NCBI GenBank assembly: GCA_965223505.1
Contig: CBDCWP010000042.1
Span: 76,520-140,519 of the forward strand
Origin: Planctomycetota bacterium
Lineage (GTDB): Bacteria; Planctomycetota; PLA2; JAEUHO01
Length of the DNA: 64,000 nt
Reading direction: 5' to 3'
How positions within the stretch are numbered: position 1 is the stretch's first letter; the number at the start of each line of letters is the position of its first letter. The notes under the pieces are model-generated. The model saw nothing but the letters and a program-made list of their open reading frames with translations, was not told where the DNA came from and did no database searches. The position numbers and the translations under genes were made by a program. Below are positions 35,350-45,066 of the stretch, one piece after another.

Positions 35350-36875
35350 CGCGCGACGTTCACACGGACTTCGCCGTTGTCGGATCCGGAGCCGGGGGCG
35401 CAGTGACCGCCTACGCCCTCGCCCGGGCGCACGAGCGCGTGACCGTCGTGGAACGGGGTCGCTTCGTGCCGGCCCACGAAATGCCGGAGAGCGAGCTCGA
35501 GGCCCTCGGGTCGCTCTACAAGGACGGCGGCGCGCAGCTCAACCGCTCGCGCACGATCGCCCTGCTTCAAGGGACCTGTGTCGGCGGCTCGACGGTGCTG
35601 GCCAACATGGTCTGCTTCCGATTGCCGGAGGACGTTCGCCGCGACTACGCGAACGCAGGCTTCGACCTGCGGCCCGACGCGCTCGCACAGAGCTACGATC
35701 GTGTCGAGTCGGTGCTCAACGTGCACGAGACGAAGGAGAGCCGGCTCAACGCGGCTTCGGGCAAGCTCGAGGACGGCATGCGCGCTTGCGGCCTGCGCCC
35801 CCGCCGCTTCCGTCACGCGACCCTGGGGTGCAACGGATGCGGCTACTGCAACGTCGGATGCCGCTTCGGCGCCAAGATGGACGCGGCGCGCACGTGGATT
35901 CCGATGGCGCGGCGGCACGGCGCCGAGATCCTCCCGCGCATGGAAGCGGTGCGGCTCCTGACGCGCAACGGCGCCGTGTCGGGACTGCTCTGCCGGGACC
36001 TCGAACGCGACGAACCGGTGCTGATTCGCGCCAAGCGATACGTGCTCTCGGGCGGCGCGATCAACACGCCGGAGCTGCTGCTCAGGTCGGGCATCCTGTC
36101 CGACCGCGTCGGGCGCCGCATGTCGGTGAACATCGGCGCCATGATGGTCGCGGACTACCCGGAACCGCTGGACGCGTTCGACGGCGTCCAGATGGGCGTC
36201 TATCACCGGCGCGACGGCTACACCATCGAGCAGGATCACAATCCCTACCTCTCGTTCTGCCTGACGCAGCCGCCGTGGCTCGATCGCGAGAGCGCCGACG
36301 CGCCGACGCTCTACCGGCATCTGACCACGGCCGGCGTGTTGGTGCCTACGGCGGCCTCGGGCCGAGTGTCGATGCACCCGCTCAACGCGTTGCTTCCGAG
36401 GGCGCTGCGCCGGGCCCGGGTCGACATCGAGCTCGACGAAGATGCGCGTCGCGCCATGGTCCGCGGCTACAAACAGCTCGCGAAGGTGTTCCTCGCGTCG
36501 GGAGCGCGGCGGGTCCTCGCCCCGACCAACCGGAAGGTGGAGATGCGCAGCCCCGACGACACGCACCTGCTCGACGACGCGCTCGCGGACCGCCGCAATT
36601 TCGCCGGCCTGGGGTCGTCCCACCCGTTCGGCGGTACGCCGATCGGCGACGACGACCGACTCGACGTCGTGCGACCGGACTTCTCGGTGCGCGGCGTCGC
36701 GAACCTGTTCGTCATGGACGCGAGTCTCTTCCCGCAGAGCACCGTCGTGAACCCCGTGCTGACGGTGATGGCCGTGGCCGACTACGCGGCGCGATCGCTC
36801 GGCGACGTCACCCAGCCGGTGATGATCGAGGAAGGCCCGGCGCACGACGCACGGATGCTGAACGCAGTGTCGTAG
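35346..36875 (+). CDS. GMC-family FAD oxidoreductase (long-chain alcohol oxidase-like)
   Basis: VVGSGAGG, VGGSTVLA, CNGCGYCNVGC, GGAINTPELLLRS, SSHPFG, DASLFP...VNP.LT. Confidence 0.9.
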   Translation: MTRDVHTDFAVVGSGAGGAVTAYALARAHERVTVVERGRFVPAHEMPESELEALGSLYKDGGAQLNRSRTIALLQGTCVGGSTVLANMVCFRLPEDVRRDYANAGFDLRPDALAQSYDRVESVLNVHETKESRLNAASGKLEDGMRACGLRPRRFRHATLGCNGCGYCNVGCRFGAKMDAARTWIPMARRHGAEILPRMEAVRLLTRNGAVSGLLCRDLERDEPVLIRAKRYVLSGGAINTPELLLRSGILSDRVGRRMSVNIGAMMVADYPEPLDAFDGVQMGVYHRRDGYTIEQDHNPYLSFCLTQPPWLDRESADAPTLYRHLTTAGVLVPTAASGRVSMHPLNALLPRALRRARVDIELDEDARRAMVRGYKQLAKVFLASGARRVLAPTNRKVEMRSPDDTHLLDDALADRRNFAGLGSSHPFGGTPIGDDDRLDVVRPDFSVRGVANLFVMDASLFPQSTVVNPVLTVMAVADYAARSLGDVTQPVMIEEGPAHDARMLNAVS

Positions 36876-36920
36876 CGACGACCTGCGGCGCGAAGGGACG
36901 GCGGATCCGGTCGCGAAGGG

Positions 36921-37391
36921 CTACTCGGTCGCGCTCTCGCCGAGGTGCGCGTACTTCGGATGGTGGCTCGCGAGCCAACGGAAGACGCCGCGCATGAACC
37001 ACCTGTGCAGGATGACGTCAGTCAAGTACGGAATGACCGCCGAGACGATCACCGAACCCACAAAGGCCGTCACGACGTCGGCGCCGGCGCCGAGGCCCTT
37101 CGTCTGCGCGCGAACGACGTACTCGTTCAAGCACACGAACGCCGCACCGGCCAACGCGCCGAGCACGAACGCGGTGACGGAACGAGTGAGGTGGAAGCTG
37201 GTGTAGCCGAGCGCCGCACTGTAGAGCAGGCCGACCTTCGCGATGAACCACCAGAAGCCGACGAACTCGTTGACGCCGACGAGAACGAGGCCGCCCTCGA
37301 TCACGAGGCCGAGGAGCGCGGCGATGATCATCCAGGGCGCATCACTGAGCTGGATCATCGCCCGGCGACGAAACCAAGAACTGTCGCCCAT
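36921..37391 (-). CDS. Small integral membrane protein (about 4 TM helices)
   Basis: Hydrophobic helices; AGGAGG SD-like sequence upstream. Confidence 0.6.
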   Translation of the reverse strand: MGDSSWFRRRAMIQLSDAPWMIIAALLGLVIEGGLVLVGVNEFVGFWWFIAKVGLLYSAALGYTSFHLTRSVTAFVLGALAGAAFVCLNEYVVRAQTKGLGAGADVVTAFVGSVIVSAVIPYLTDVILHRWFMRGVFRWLASHHPKYAHLGESATE

Positions 37392-37457
37392 CCAGCAACG
37401 CCTCCTTCTATGCTCCCAAGGCTAGCAGTTCGAAGACGCAGCGAGAAGTGCGGCCCC

Positions 37458-38171
37458 GTGAATGAAGCCTCCGTGAACGTCGATCGGGAGTCGGTGCTGC
37501 TTGCCGGCGCGACGGGGCTCGTGGGTGGGCACTGTCTGTCGTACCTCGAGACGGACCCGCGGGTCGATCGCGTTCACGTCGTCGTCCGTCGACCCCTCGC
37601 GCGGCCGACCGCACCTCATGTCGACGTTCACGTCATCGACTTCGCGAACGTCGATGTTTGCCGGGCCTGGCTGCGCACCGTCGACCGGGTCATCGTTTGC
37701 CTCGGAACGACCAAGAAGGAAGCCGGAAGTCGCGAAGCGTTCGAAGCCGTGGAATTCGACCTCGTGGTCGCGCTCGCGAAGCTGGCGGAGGACGAGGGCG
37801 TCGCGCGGTTCGTGGTCATCAGCTCGGCCGGCGCCTCACCGCGATCGTGGTTCCTGTATCTGAGGACGAAAGGGCGCATGGAAGCCGCGATCGAAGCGCT
37901 CGCCTTCGAGACCCTCGTCTTCCTGCGTCCCGCGTCCCTTATGGGCAAGCGCGAGAGGCCGCGCCGGCTCGAGTCCGTCGTCGCCTGCGTGGCGAAGGTC
38001 GTCGGCCCGCTGCTCGTCGGCCCCCTGCGCCGGGTACGCCCGATCGACGCGCAGGATGTCGCCCGCGTGGCGGCCGTGGCGGGTCGTGACGCGTCCGGTG
38101 TGGTCGTGCTCGAATCCCACGCGATTCGAACGCGTGCCCGAGCGGCGCGCGACGCGACGGATCGAGGCTAG
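37458..38171 (+). CDS. Atypical SDR NAD(P)-binding oxidoreductase (TIP30/YraR-like)
   Basis: LAGATGLVG, CLGTTKKEAGS, ISSAGA, YLRTKGRME, RPASLMG. Confidence 0.85.
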   Translation: MNEASVNVDRESVLLAGATGLVGGHCLSYLETDPRVDRVHVVVRRPLARPTAPHVDVHVIDFANVDVCRAWLRTVDRVIVCLGTTKKEAGSREAFEAVEFDLVVALAKLAEDEGVARFVVISSAGASPRSWFLYLRTKGRMEAAIEALAFETLVFLRPASLMGKRERPRRLESVVACVAKVVGPLLVGPLRRVRPIDAQDVARVAAVAGRDASGVVVLESHAIRTRARAARDATDRG

Positions 38172-39097
38172 CCGAAGCCGATCGCGGAGATCAGCGCGCC
38201 GCTGAACGGGGCGAAGATCGGCGCCAGGACGAACGCCTTCGGCGCGATCAAGCCGACCTGCAACGTGTCCCCCATCGCTTCCCGGTCCGCGGCCCATGCC
38301 GACCAGTCGGCGTTCGCCGGGTCTGCGGGCAACGGCCGGTAACTGTCGATGAAGGCGCCGGCGACCTGATTGAAGCGAACGTGGACGGGCAAGTACACGA
38401 TCGCCAGGAGCACGCTGTAGTACGCGCCGTAGGCGAGCAGGAACTCGATCGTGAACGCGTCGGCGGTCCATTCCGTGCCCTCGAAGACGTCCGGAAACGC
38501 CTTGTAGGCGGAGATCTGGGCGAAGCGGCGCGCGCCGGTCGCCAGGATCGCCGTGCCGATCTCCACGCCCAGCACGCCGAGGAAGAAATTCATCTGCCGG
38601 CGCATGTGCATGAGCTCTTTGATGTACGCCGTTCCGATGAGCTTGCTTTCGCGCTCGTGCTCGAGGCGTCCGATGATGAGCCACAGGCCGACCAGCGCGA
38701 AGATACCCACCGACACGCCGGCGGTCGTCAGGAACGCCAGCTTCAGCGCGTGATGCGACAGCGGCCCCGCCGGCTCCAGGAGGATCGAGGGGAGCAGCGC
38801 CGCGACGAGCAGGAGCGCCAGCAGCCCCCACAGCTTGGACGGGATGGTGCGCTCGCCCTTGACCGCCTTGATGTGCTGGAAGACCGGCATGAGCAGGATC
38901 AACCAAAGGGCAAGGAGCACGCCGTCGGCGATGGCCCACAGATAGAACCCGGGCGCCCGAACGACCGCCTTGCTCATGGCGTCGGCGTTCGGATCGATCA
39001 GGACGTCGGCCACGAGGACCGCGACCCCGGCTGCGAACCCCACGACGGCGAGGGTCACGGTCAATCCCAGGTTGGAGAGTCCTCTGCGCTCGCTCAT
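38168..39097 (-). CDS. Hypothetical polytopic membrane protein
   Basis: About 7 hydrophobic segments; GGGGGAG SD upstream of the ATG. Confidence 0.65.
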   Translation of the reverse strand: MSERRGLSNLGLTVTLAVVGFAAGVAVLVADVLIDPNADAMSKAVVRAPGFYLWAIADGVLLALWLILLMPVFQHIKAVKGERTIPSKLWGLLALLLVAALLPSILLEPAGPLSHHALKLAFLTTAGVSVGIFALVGLWLIIGRLEHERESKLIGTAYIKELMHMRRQMNFFLGVLGVEIGTAILATGARRFAQISAYKAFPDVFEGTEWTADAFTIEFLLAYGAYYSVLLAIVYLPVHVRFNQVAGAFIDSYRPLPADPANADWSAWAADREAMGDTLQVGLIAPKAFVLAPIFAPFSGALISAIGFG

Positions 39098-39357
39098 CTC
39101 CCCCCATCCAATCGCAACACACCGCCTGTCGTCCGACGGCGCCGGTATTCAATCCGTCGCCGCCGGTCCGCGCAAGGGTCGACGTCGCGCGACAGCCCGG
39201 AGCGCCCCCGCCGTGGTCCAGCGGCCCGCGGGCGGGACGGTCCCGGGGCAAACGTAAGGGCTTTGCACAAGGCGCGTGGAAGGTTTCATCCTGCACGCCG
39301 GAACCACTGCTACGATTTCGGAGCAAACCTCCATTTCTTCCGCTCCAAGGGCCTAGC

Positions 39358-41823
39358 ATGCCTCGACGTCACCTCTACGCGCCCAGCCTCATCGTCCTGG
39401 GCATCCTGCTCGTTCTTCCGTTCAGCAACGCCAACCAACCGGCTTGGGCCGACGACCTCGACGAGGCGACGGCGTCGCGCACGGTACGAACCCTGCTCGA
39501 GTCCGATCCGGGCATCGATCTTCGCAAGATCTGGAAGCTCTCCGAGTCGCTGTCGTCGGGCGGCCGCCCGGCCATCAGCCCGTTGCGAAAGGAGGCCAAG
39601 GCCGCCAACCCGCAGCAGCGCCTCGCCATCGCTCGCGCCCTCGTTCTGCTCGAGGACTACACGAAGGGACTCGAAGAGCTGAAGGGCCTCGTCCAGTCGG
39701 AACCGGCGGCCATCGAGCTGAAGCTGGCCGCGCTCACGATCATCGGCGAAGAGGGCGAGCTCGAGGAAGCGGAGTGGCTCGAAGACAAGATCGACACCAC
39801 GCTCGAACCGCGCGTGAAGCTCGGCATGGCCAAGGCGCTGTGGACGCTGAACAAGTCGAACAAGGGCAAGGGCAAGGAAGTCCTGCTCCTGTTCCTCAAC
39901 AGCACGGACCCCGACCTTCGAGCCGAAGGCGCCCTCGCTCTCGGTGAGATCGGCGTGGCGGAAGCCAAGCCGGTCCTCGACGAGCTGCGCCGCGAACCGA
40001 CGCCCCAGGGCCGTCTCGCGCACCTGTTGCTCGACATCATGCGCCGCGACGAGGTCGACGAGCAGCGCCTGCGCACACCGCCGCCGGTCGCGCCGGCCAA
40101 TCCGAAGCCCGCGAGCGGCGCCAGCCCGTGGAAGACGCTCGACGAGGTGCATCGGCTCCTGAAGCGCTACTACCTGCACGACGACCGACTCGATCCGAAG
40201 AAGCTCTCCGACGCGGCGGCGGCGGGGTTCACCGAGGCGCTCGATCCGTACACGCTCTACATGTCGCCGAGCACGAACGCGAAGCTCATGGAGAGCCTCG
40301 ACCCGTCGTACGGCGGCGTCGGCGCCTACGTCTTCAACGACGTCGACAACGGTTCCCACTTCACGATCAGCCGCCCCATCTTCGGCGGTCCCGTCTATCG
40401 CGCCGACCTGCGAGCCGACGATATCGTCACGGCGATCGACGGTCAGTCCACGGAGGGCTTGTCGGTCGAAGAGTGCGTGCGCCGCTTGAAGGGCCCGCCC
40501 GGAACGAAGGTCGTCGTCTCGATCTTGCGGCGTGGCTGGCTCAAGGCGCGCGAGTTCGAGCTCACGCGCGCGCGCATCACCATCCCGACGACCGCCTACG
40601 ACGTGCTCCCCGGCAAGATCGGCTTCCTGCAGATTCTGCACTTCTCCGAGGAGACCAGCCGCGAGGTCGGCGAGATTCTCGACAAGTTCGAGAAGACCGG
40701 CGTCGAAGGACTCGTGATCGACCTGCGCTACAACGGCGGCGGGTTCCTCAAGAGCGCCGTCGAGATCGCGAGCAACTTCGTGCCGCGCGGCAAGATCATC
40801 GTCAGCGAGCGCGGCCGGCCGGGCGTGTACGACGGCGAGGTGCACCGCTCGCTCGGCTCCGGCACACACCGTCGCCAGGTGCCGATCACCGTGCTCATCA
40901 ACCAGGGCACGGCCAGCGCCGCGGAGATTCTGGCCGGCGCGCTGCGCGATCACGACGTCGCGCGCCTCGTCGGGAGCATGACCTACGGCAAGGGGTCCGC
41001 ACAGATCCACCTTCCGCTCAAGTCGCGCCCCGGCGAGACGTTCACGGACGAGAAGCGCACGTCGTCGTCGCCGCGTGCGGGCGACACGTTCGACGACCTG
41101 AACGGCAACCGCCGCTGGGACGAGGGTGAGCCCTTCACCTCGACGCCGCGGCGGAACGGCCGCTACGACCCGCCCGAGAAGTTCGTCGACAAGAACGGCA
41201 ACGGCGTCTACGACCGCGGCGAGTCCTTCACCGACGCGAACAAGAACGGCAAGTGGGACGACGGCGAGGACTACGAGGACGCCAACGGGAACGGTCGGTG
41301 GGATCCCGGCGGTGCGCTCAAGCTGACCATCGCCGCCTACTACACACCCGAGGGGTTCAACCCGCGCCGCGAGGTGAAGGTCGTCGACGGCAAGGTGAAG
41401 GTCGTCGGCGGGATCGAGCCCCACCTGGAGGCCAAGCCCAACGGCCTCGACTTCTGGGAGGTGCAGGCGCAGCGCAAGCTCGAGAGCACCGGCCGGGTCA
41501 AGGAGTACGTTCGCCAACTCTTCGAGAGCGATCTCGAGCTGATGCGGCGGCTCTCGCGCTCGGACCGTCGGGACCCCTCGGTCTACCCGGGGTTCGACGC
41601 GTTCTACGACGGCTTGGACACCAAGCTCGACAAGGAGCCCGTTCGTTGGCTCGTTCGGTGGAATGCGCGCCGCGCGCTCGGCGACCGACTGGGCCGCGAG
41701 CTCGTTGGCGACATCATCGACGACCCGGCCTTGCAGGTCGCACTCAAGGACCTGTTCCGAACGCTCGGCAAGGACCTGAGCAAGAACCAAGACCTGAAGT
41801 TCCTGGCCGTCGAGACCAAATAG
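39358..41823 (+). CDS. S41 carboxy-terminal processing protease with N-terminal HEAT repeats, PDZ and a Ca-binding repeat insert
   Basis: Signal peptide; LDPYT, GVGA (PDZ), IDLRYNGGG; catalytic TASAAEI (Ser) and TYGKGS (Lys). Confidence 0.92.
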   Translation: MPRRHLYAPSLIVLGILLVLPFSNANQPAWADDLDEATASRTVRTLLESDPGIDLRKIWKLSESLSSGGRPAISPLRKEAKAANPQQRLAIARALVLLEDYTKGLEELKGLVQSEPAAIELKLAALTIIGEEGELEEAEWLEDKIDTTLEPRVKLGMAKALWTLNKSNKGKGKEVLLLFLNSTDPDLRAEGALALGEIGVAEAKPVLDELRREPTPQGRLAHLLLDIMRRDEVDEQRLRTPPPVAPANPKPASGASPWKTLDEVHRLLKRYYLHDDRLDPKKLSDAAAAGFTEALDPYTLYMSPSTNAKLMESLDPSYGGVGAYVFNDVDNGSHFTISRPIFGGPVYRADLRADDIVTAIDGQSTEGLSVEECVRRLKGPPGTKVVVSILRRGWLKAREFELTRARITIPTTAYDVLPGKIGFLQILHFSEETSREVGEILDKFEKTGVEGLVIDLRYNGGGFLKSAVEIASNFVPRGKIIVSERGRPGVYDGEVHRSLGSGTHRRQVPITVLINQGTASAAEILAGALRDHDVARLVGSMTYGKGSAQIHLPLKSRPGETFTDEKRTSSSPRAGDTFDDLNGNRRWDEGEPFTSTPRRNGRYDPPEKFVDKNGNGVYDRGESFTDANKNGKWDDGEDYEDANGNGRWDPGGALKLTIAAYYTPEGFNPRREVKVVDGKVKVVGGIEPHLEAKPNGLDFWEVQAQRKLESTGRVKEYVRQLFESDLELMRRLSRSDRRDPSVYPGFDAFYDGLDTKLDKEPVRWLVRWNARRALGDRLGRELVGDIIDDPALQVALKDLFRTLGKDLSKNQDLKFLAVETK

Positions 41824-41827
41824 CTCG

Positions 41828-42637
41828 ATGGGCGTCGCCCAACCCGAGGGTTTCGCCCTCACCGGCAGCTCGCTCCCGCTGCTGCAATGCAAGCGCGTGA
41901 ACGGCGTGGAGGGTCTGCGCCACGGCATCACGACACGCGCGGGCGGCAGCAGCTCGGGGCCGTACGCCTCGCTGAACCTCTCGCCCGCGACGGATGACAA
42001 GCCGGAGGTGGTCGAGGCCAACCGCCAGTTCGTGGCCAAGGAACTCGGCTTCGAGATCCTCAAGACGCCGACCCAGGTCCACGGAAATACGGTGCAGCAC
42101 GTTCGCTCGATGCTCGATCGGATCGGCGAGGTGGATGCGCTGATCACCGATGCGAAGGGCGTTCTTCTCGGCGTCCTGGGCGCGGACTGTCCCGGGGTGT
42201 TGCTCGTGGACGAGCGCAATCACGCGCTCGGGCTGGCGCACTGCGGTTGGCGCGGCGTGGCGGCGCGCATCGTTGCGCAAACCGTGCAGGCAATGCGCGC
42301 GACGTTCAAGTCGAACCCGACCGACTTGATTGCGATGATCGGTCCGGCGATCAGCCGCCCGCACTACCAGGTGTCCGGCGAGGTTGGCGACGCGCTGAGT
42401 CACTCGGTCGCACCGCTCGTCCCGAGCTCACGGGCGATCAAGATCACCGGCGACGGCCGAACGTGGGCCGACATCGGAGCGCTCATTCGCATGCAGCTCG
42501 AACAGTGTGGACTGCTGGACAAGTCCATCGTCCGCTACCGCGGATGCACGTTTCACCAGCAGGACATGTTCTTCAGCCACCGCCGCGACGAAGGCGTCAC
42601 GGGTCGCAACGCGGTCGTTGCCGGCTGGGCGGAGTAG
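41828..42637 (+). CDS. pgeF: PgeF/YfiH family protein (purine nucleoside phosphorylase/peptidoglycan editing)
   Basis: TTRAGG.S..PY.SLN, QVHG, DALIT, ADCP, HCGWRG, IGPAI, FFSHRR. Confidence 0.9.
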   Translation: MGVAQPEGFALTGSSLPLLQCKRVNGVEGLRHGITTRAGGSSSGPYASLNLSPATDDKPEVVEANRQFVAKELGFEILKTPTQVHGNTVQHVRSMLDRIGEVDALITDAKGVLLGVLGADCPGVLLVDERNHALGLAHCGWRGVAARIVAQTVQAMRATFKSNPTDLIAMIGPAISRPHYQVSGEVGDALSHSVAPLVPSSRAIKITGDGRTWADIGALIRMQLEQCGLLDKSIVRYRGCTFHQQDMFFSHRRDEGVTGRNAVVAGWAE

Positions 42638-42661
42638 TTCGCGCGGGATCGGACCGGCGCG

Positions 42662-43057
42662 CTACTCGGCGCGGTCGATCTCGACCTCTTGCAGCTCTTC
42701 GGAGAACGCGCCGTCGAACGCCTCGCCGAACGAGAACAGGCCGTGGAAGTCTTCGCGCCGGTCATCGGCGGTCTTCTGCAAGAGATCCGCGTTGATCAGA
42801 TTGAACACGATCTCGCCGAAGTCGGCCGTCGTCGTGACACCCCACTGCGCGAGGACCGAACGCGCGAGGAACCCGAAGTTCTCGAGCGCCAGCAAGCGAA
42901 CGCCTTCCATGATCTCGGCGCCGCTGACGTGACGACGACCGGCGCCGCGACGCTTCAACGTGAAGTCGAGCGCTTCGAACACGAAGTGATACGCCTCCGC
43001 ACCAAATCGTTGGTCATTGGCGACGATGTCGAGGATGGCTCTGTCCTTGTCGATCAT
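42662..43057 (-). CDS. Minf_1886-like PVC-restricted protein
   Basis: EAYHFVFEAL, RHVSGAE, FGFLARSVL.QWG..TT.DFGEIVFNLI, D.REDF pattern. Confidence 0.8.
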   Translation of the reverse strand: MIDKDRAILDIVANDQRFGAEAYHFVFEALDFTLKRRGAGRRHVSGAEIMEGVRLLALENFGFLARSVLAQWGVTTTADFGEIVFNLINADLLQKTADDRREDFHGLFSFGEAFDGAFSEELQEVEIDRAE

Positions 43058-43272
43058 TCGATCCCGTCTCACCTCAGCGGGGAGGAAAACCCTACAAAGG
43101 AAGGCTGATCCGGGGCAGCAAAATGTTCCCGCGGAAGGCCGTCCCTTTGCCAACCGTTCGCTCACCTATCGACAACCGAACGCTCGAGCCGAAGCCCTTC
43201 GTCGAAACGGAATTCACCGCCCGACGACGGCGATCGAGACAGACAGCATGCAAACGGTCGGAGGGTTCGACG

Positions 43273-44223
43273 CTAGGAATCGCGGCTCGTGGCTGCATTC
43301 GTCCGCAGCCGTGACAGGACCTCGAGCAGCACGACCTGAGGCGTCACGTTCGTATGAACGGCCTTCCGAAGCCGCTCGAGAACATCGAGCAGCGCCAGCG
43401 CGTCCTCGGCCCCGAGCGTGGGAAAGAAGTCACTGTCGCGCCCGGCCGCTACGTCGCGGGCACCGACACTGAGCACATAGAGGACGTCGACGAGCAGCCG
43501 GCGGACGACCTGACGCTTGGACGCCGTGTCCGCGTCGGGCTCCGCGTCGGCCGCGGCGGTCAGCGCTTTGAGCGCGCGGTCGGACGCGTCGGCGCAGCCC
43601 GCGTCGACGTCCGTACCGCTCACGGCGAGATCACGCGCAATCTCCTCGAGCTCGGCCCGCGCAAGGACACGGGCGCGCCGCAGTGATCCGCCAGCGTAAT
43701 GCGACAGATCGCTTGCGCGACCCTCTTCGATGCCGTCTTCACGCAGGCGGTTCCGAAGCTCGCTCTCCGGCAACGGAGGAAGGCGCACGCGGCAAACACG
43801 ACTCAGGACGGTTGCCGGAAGTCGTTCGGGCTGCGTCGAGAGCAGGAAGAAGAGGGATCCCGGCGGCGGCTCTTCCAACGTCTTCAAGTAACGCGCGATC
43901 CCTTCGGGTTCCATCGCGTCCGCCGGATCGATGATGAACACCTGGCGCTCGCCTTCGAGCGGCTTCGTATGCGCGCGCTCGAGCACCTCGGTGATCTTGG
44001 CGACCGAGATCACCGTCGCCTTGTCGCGCTCGACCCAGGTGACGTCGGGGTGGTTGCCCTGCATGACGCGTTCGAACGTCTCGTTGCCCGCCGGCGCCGG
44101 CGGCGACGCGCCGAAGATGGACGCGGCGAACACGAGCGCCAGGTCCCGCAGGCCCGACGCGTCGGTGCCTTCGAACAGGTAGCTCGTTCCGAGCTTGTCG
44201 TTTCCGAGCGTACGAAAGAGCAA
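43273..44223 (-). CDS. holB: DNA polymerase III delta-prime subunit-like protein
   Basis: YLFEG, HPDV, VFIIDPADAM, LKTLEEPP, LPATVLSR; follows tmk. The true start may be upstream (CTG at 44292). Confidence 0.85.
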   Translation of the reverse strand: MLFRTLGNDKLGTSYLFEGTDASGLRDLALVFAASIFGASPPAPAGNETFERVMQGNHPDVTWVERDKATVISVAKITEVLERAHTKPLEGERQVFIIDPADAMEPEGIARYLKTLEEPPPGSLFFLLSTQPERLPATVLSRVCRVRLPPLPESELRNRLREDGIEEGRASDLSHYAGGSLRRARVLARAELEEIARDLAVSGTDVDAGCADASDRALKALTAAADAEPDADTASKRQVVRRLLVDVLYVLSVGARDVAAGRDSDFFPTLGAEDALALLDVLERLRKAVHTNVTPQVVLLEVLSRLRTNAATSRDS

Positions 44224-44278
44224 CGCGCCCGGCGGACCGAACGCGTGCAGCGCATGTGCGCCTTCGACGGTGTCGGGA

Positions 44279-44905
44279 CTAGAAGAGGTCAGCGACGGCC
44301 TCCCAGACTCGGTCCCCGACGGTGTCGATCGAGCCGACGGCGGACACGGTGCGCAGTCTCTCCGGATCGGCGTCGAAGATCTCGCGGAAGGCGATCGCGA
44401 CCCCCTCGCGATATGTCGAACCGCGCGATTCGATGCGGTCGAGCGGTCGCCGGATGCGTTCGCCGGTCTCGTCCGACGGCATGTCGAGGAGCACGGCGCG
44501 GTTCGGCTCGGTGCCGGCCGTCGCCCAGGCCGACGTCTCGCGCACCATGTCGGCGGGGGCTCCGGTCAGGTCCCCCTGCGGCGTCGTTTGATACGCCTGC
44601 GTCGCATAGTGCCAGCGCTCGCAGACCACGACGTGTCCCGACGCGAGGGCGGGCCGGATGACGCTCGACACCAGATGAGCGCGTGCGGCCTGGTAGAGGA
44701 AGACCTCGGCGCGCGGGTCCATGCCGCCGGTCCTGGCGTCGAGCAGGACGTCCCGGATGCGCTCCCCCACCTCGGTGCCGCCGGGCTCGCGGGTGTGGAC
44801 CACCGTCCGTCCGAAGCCCTCGATGCGAGCCGCGAGCCGGTTCGCCTGTGTGGTCTTGCCACAGCCGTCGAGGCCTTCGAGAACGATGAAGATGCCGGCA
44901 GTCAT
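44279..44905 (-). CDS. tmk: Thymidylate kinase
   Basis: FIVLEGLDGCGKTTQ, TREPGGT, LYQAARA, VVCERW, AYQ. Confidence 0.94.
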   Translation of the reverse strand: MTAGIFIVLEGLDGCGKTTQANRLAARIEGFGRTVVHTREPGGTEVGERIRDVLLDARTGGMDPRAEVFLYQAARAHLVSSVIRPALASGHVVVCERWHYATQAYQTTPQGDLTGAPADMVRETSAWATAGTEPNRAVLLDMPSDETGERIRRPLDRIESRGSTYREGVAIAFREIFDADPERLRTVSAVGSIDTVGDRVWEAVADLF

Positions 44906-45066
44906 TGGCCCCGCAGGATAGGCGCGCGACAGGACATGGCCCTATCGGCAACCACGAGGGCGGCGTGCTGGGGCGACGGCGCCGCAAAGTGGCGGAGGAG
45001 GCCGCGTGGTCTGCCACGCAACGACGACGGCGCAAAGCGCCGCCGAGCATCCAGCGCGCCGTCTAC

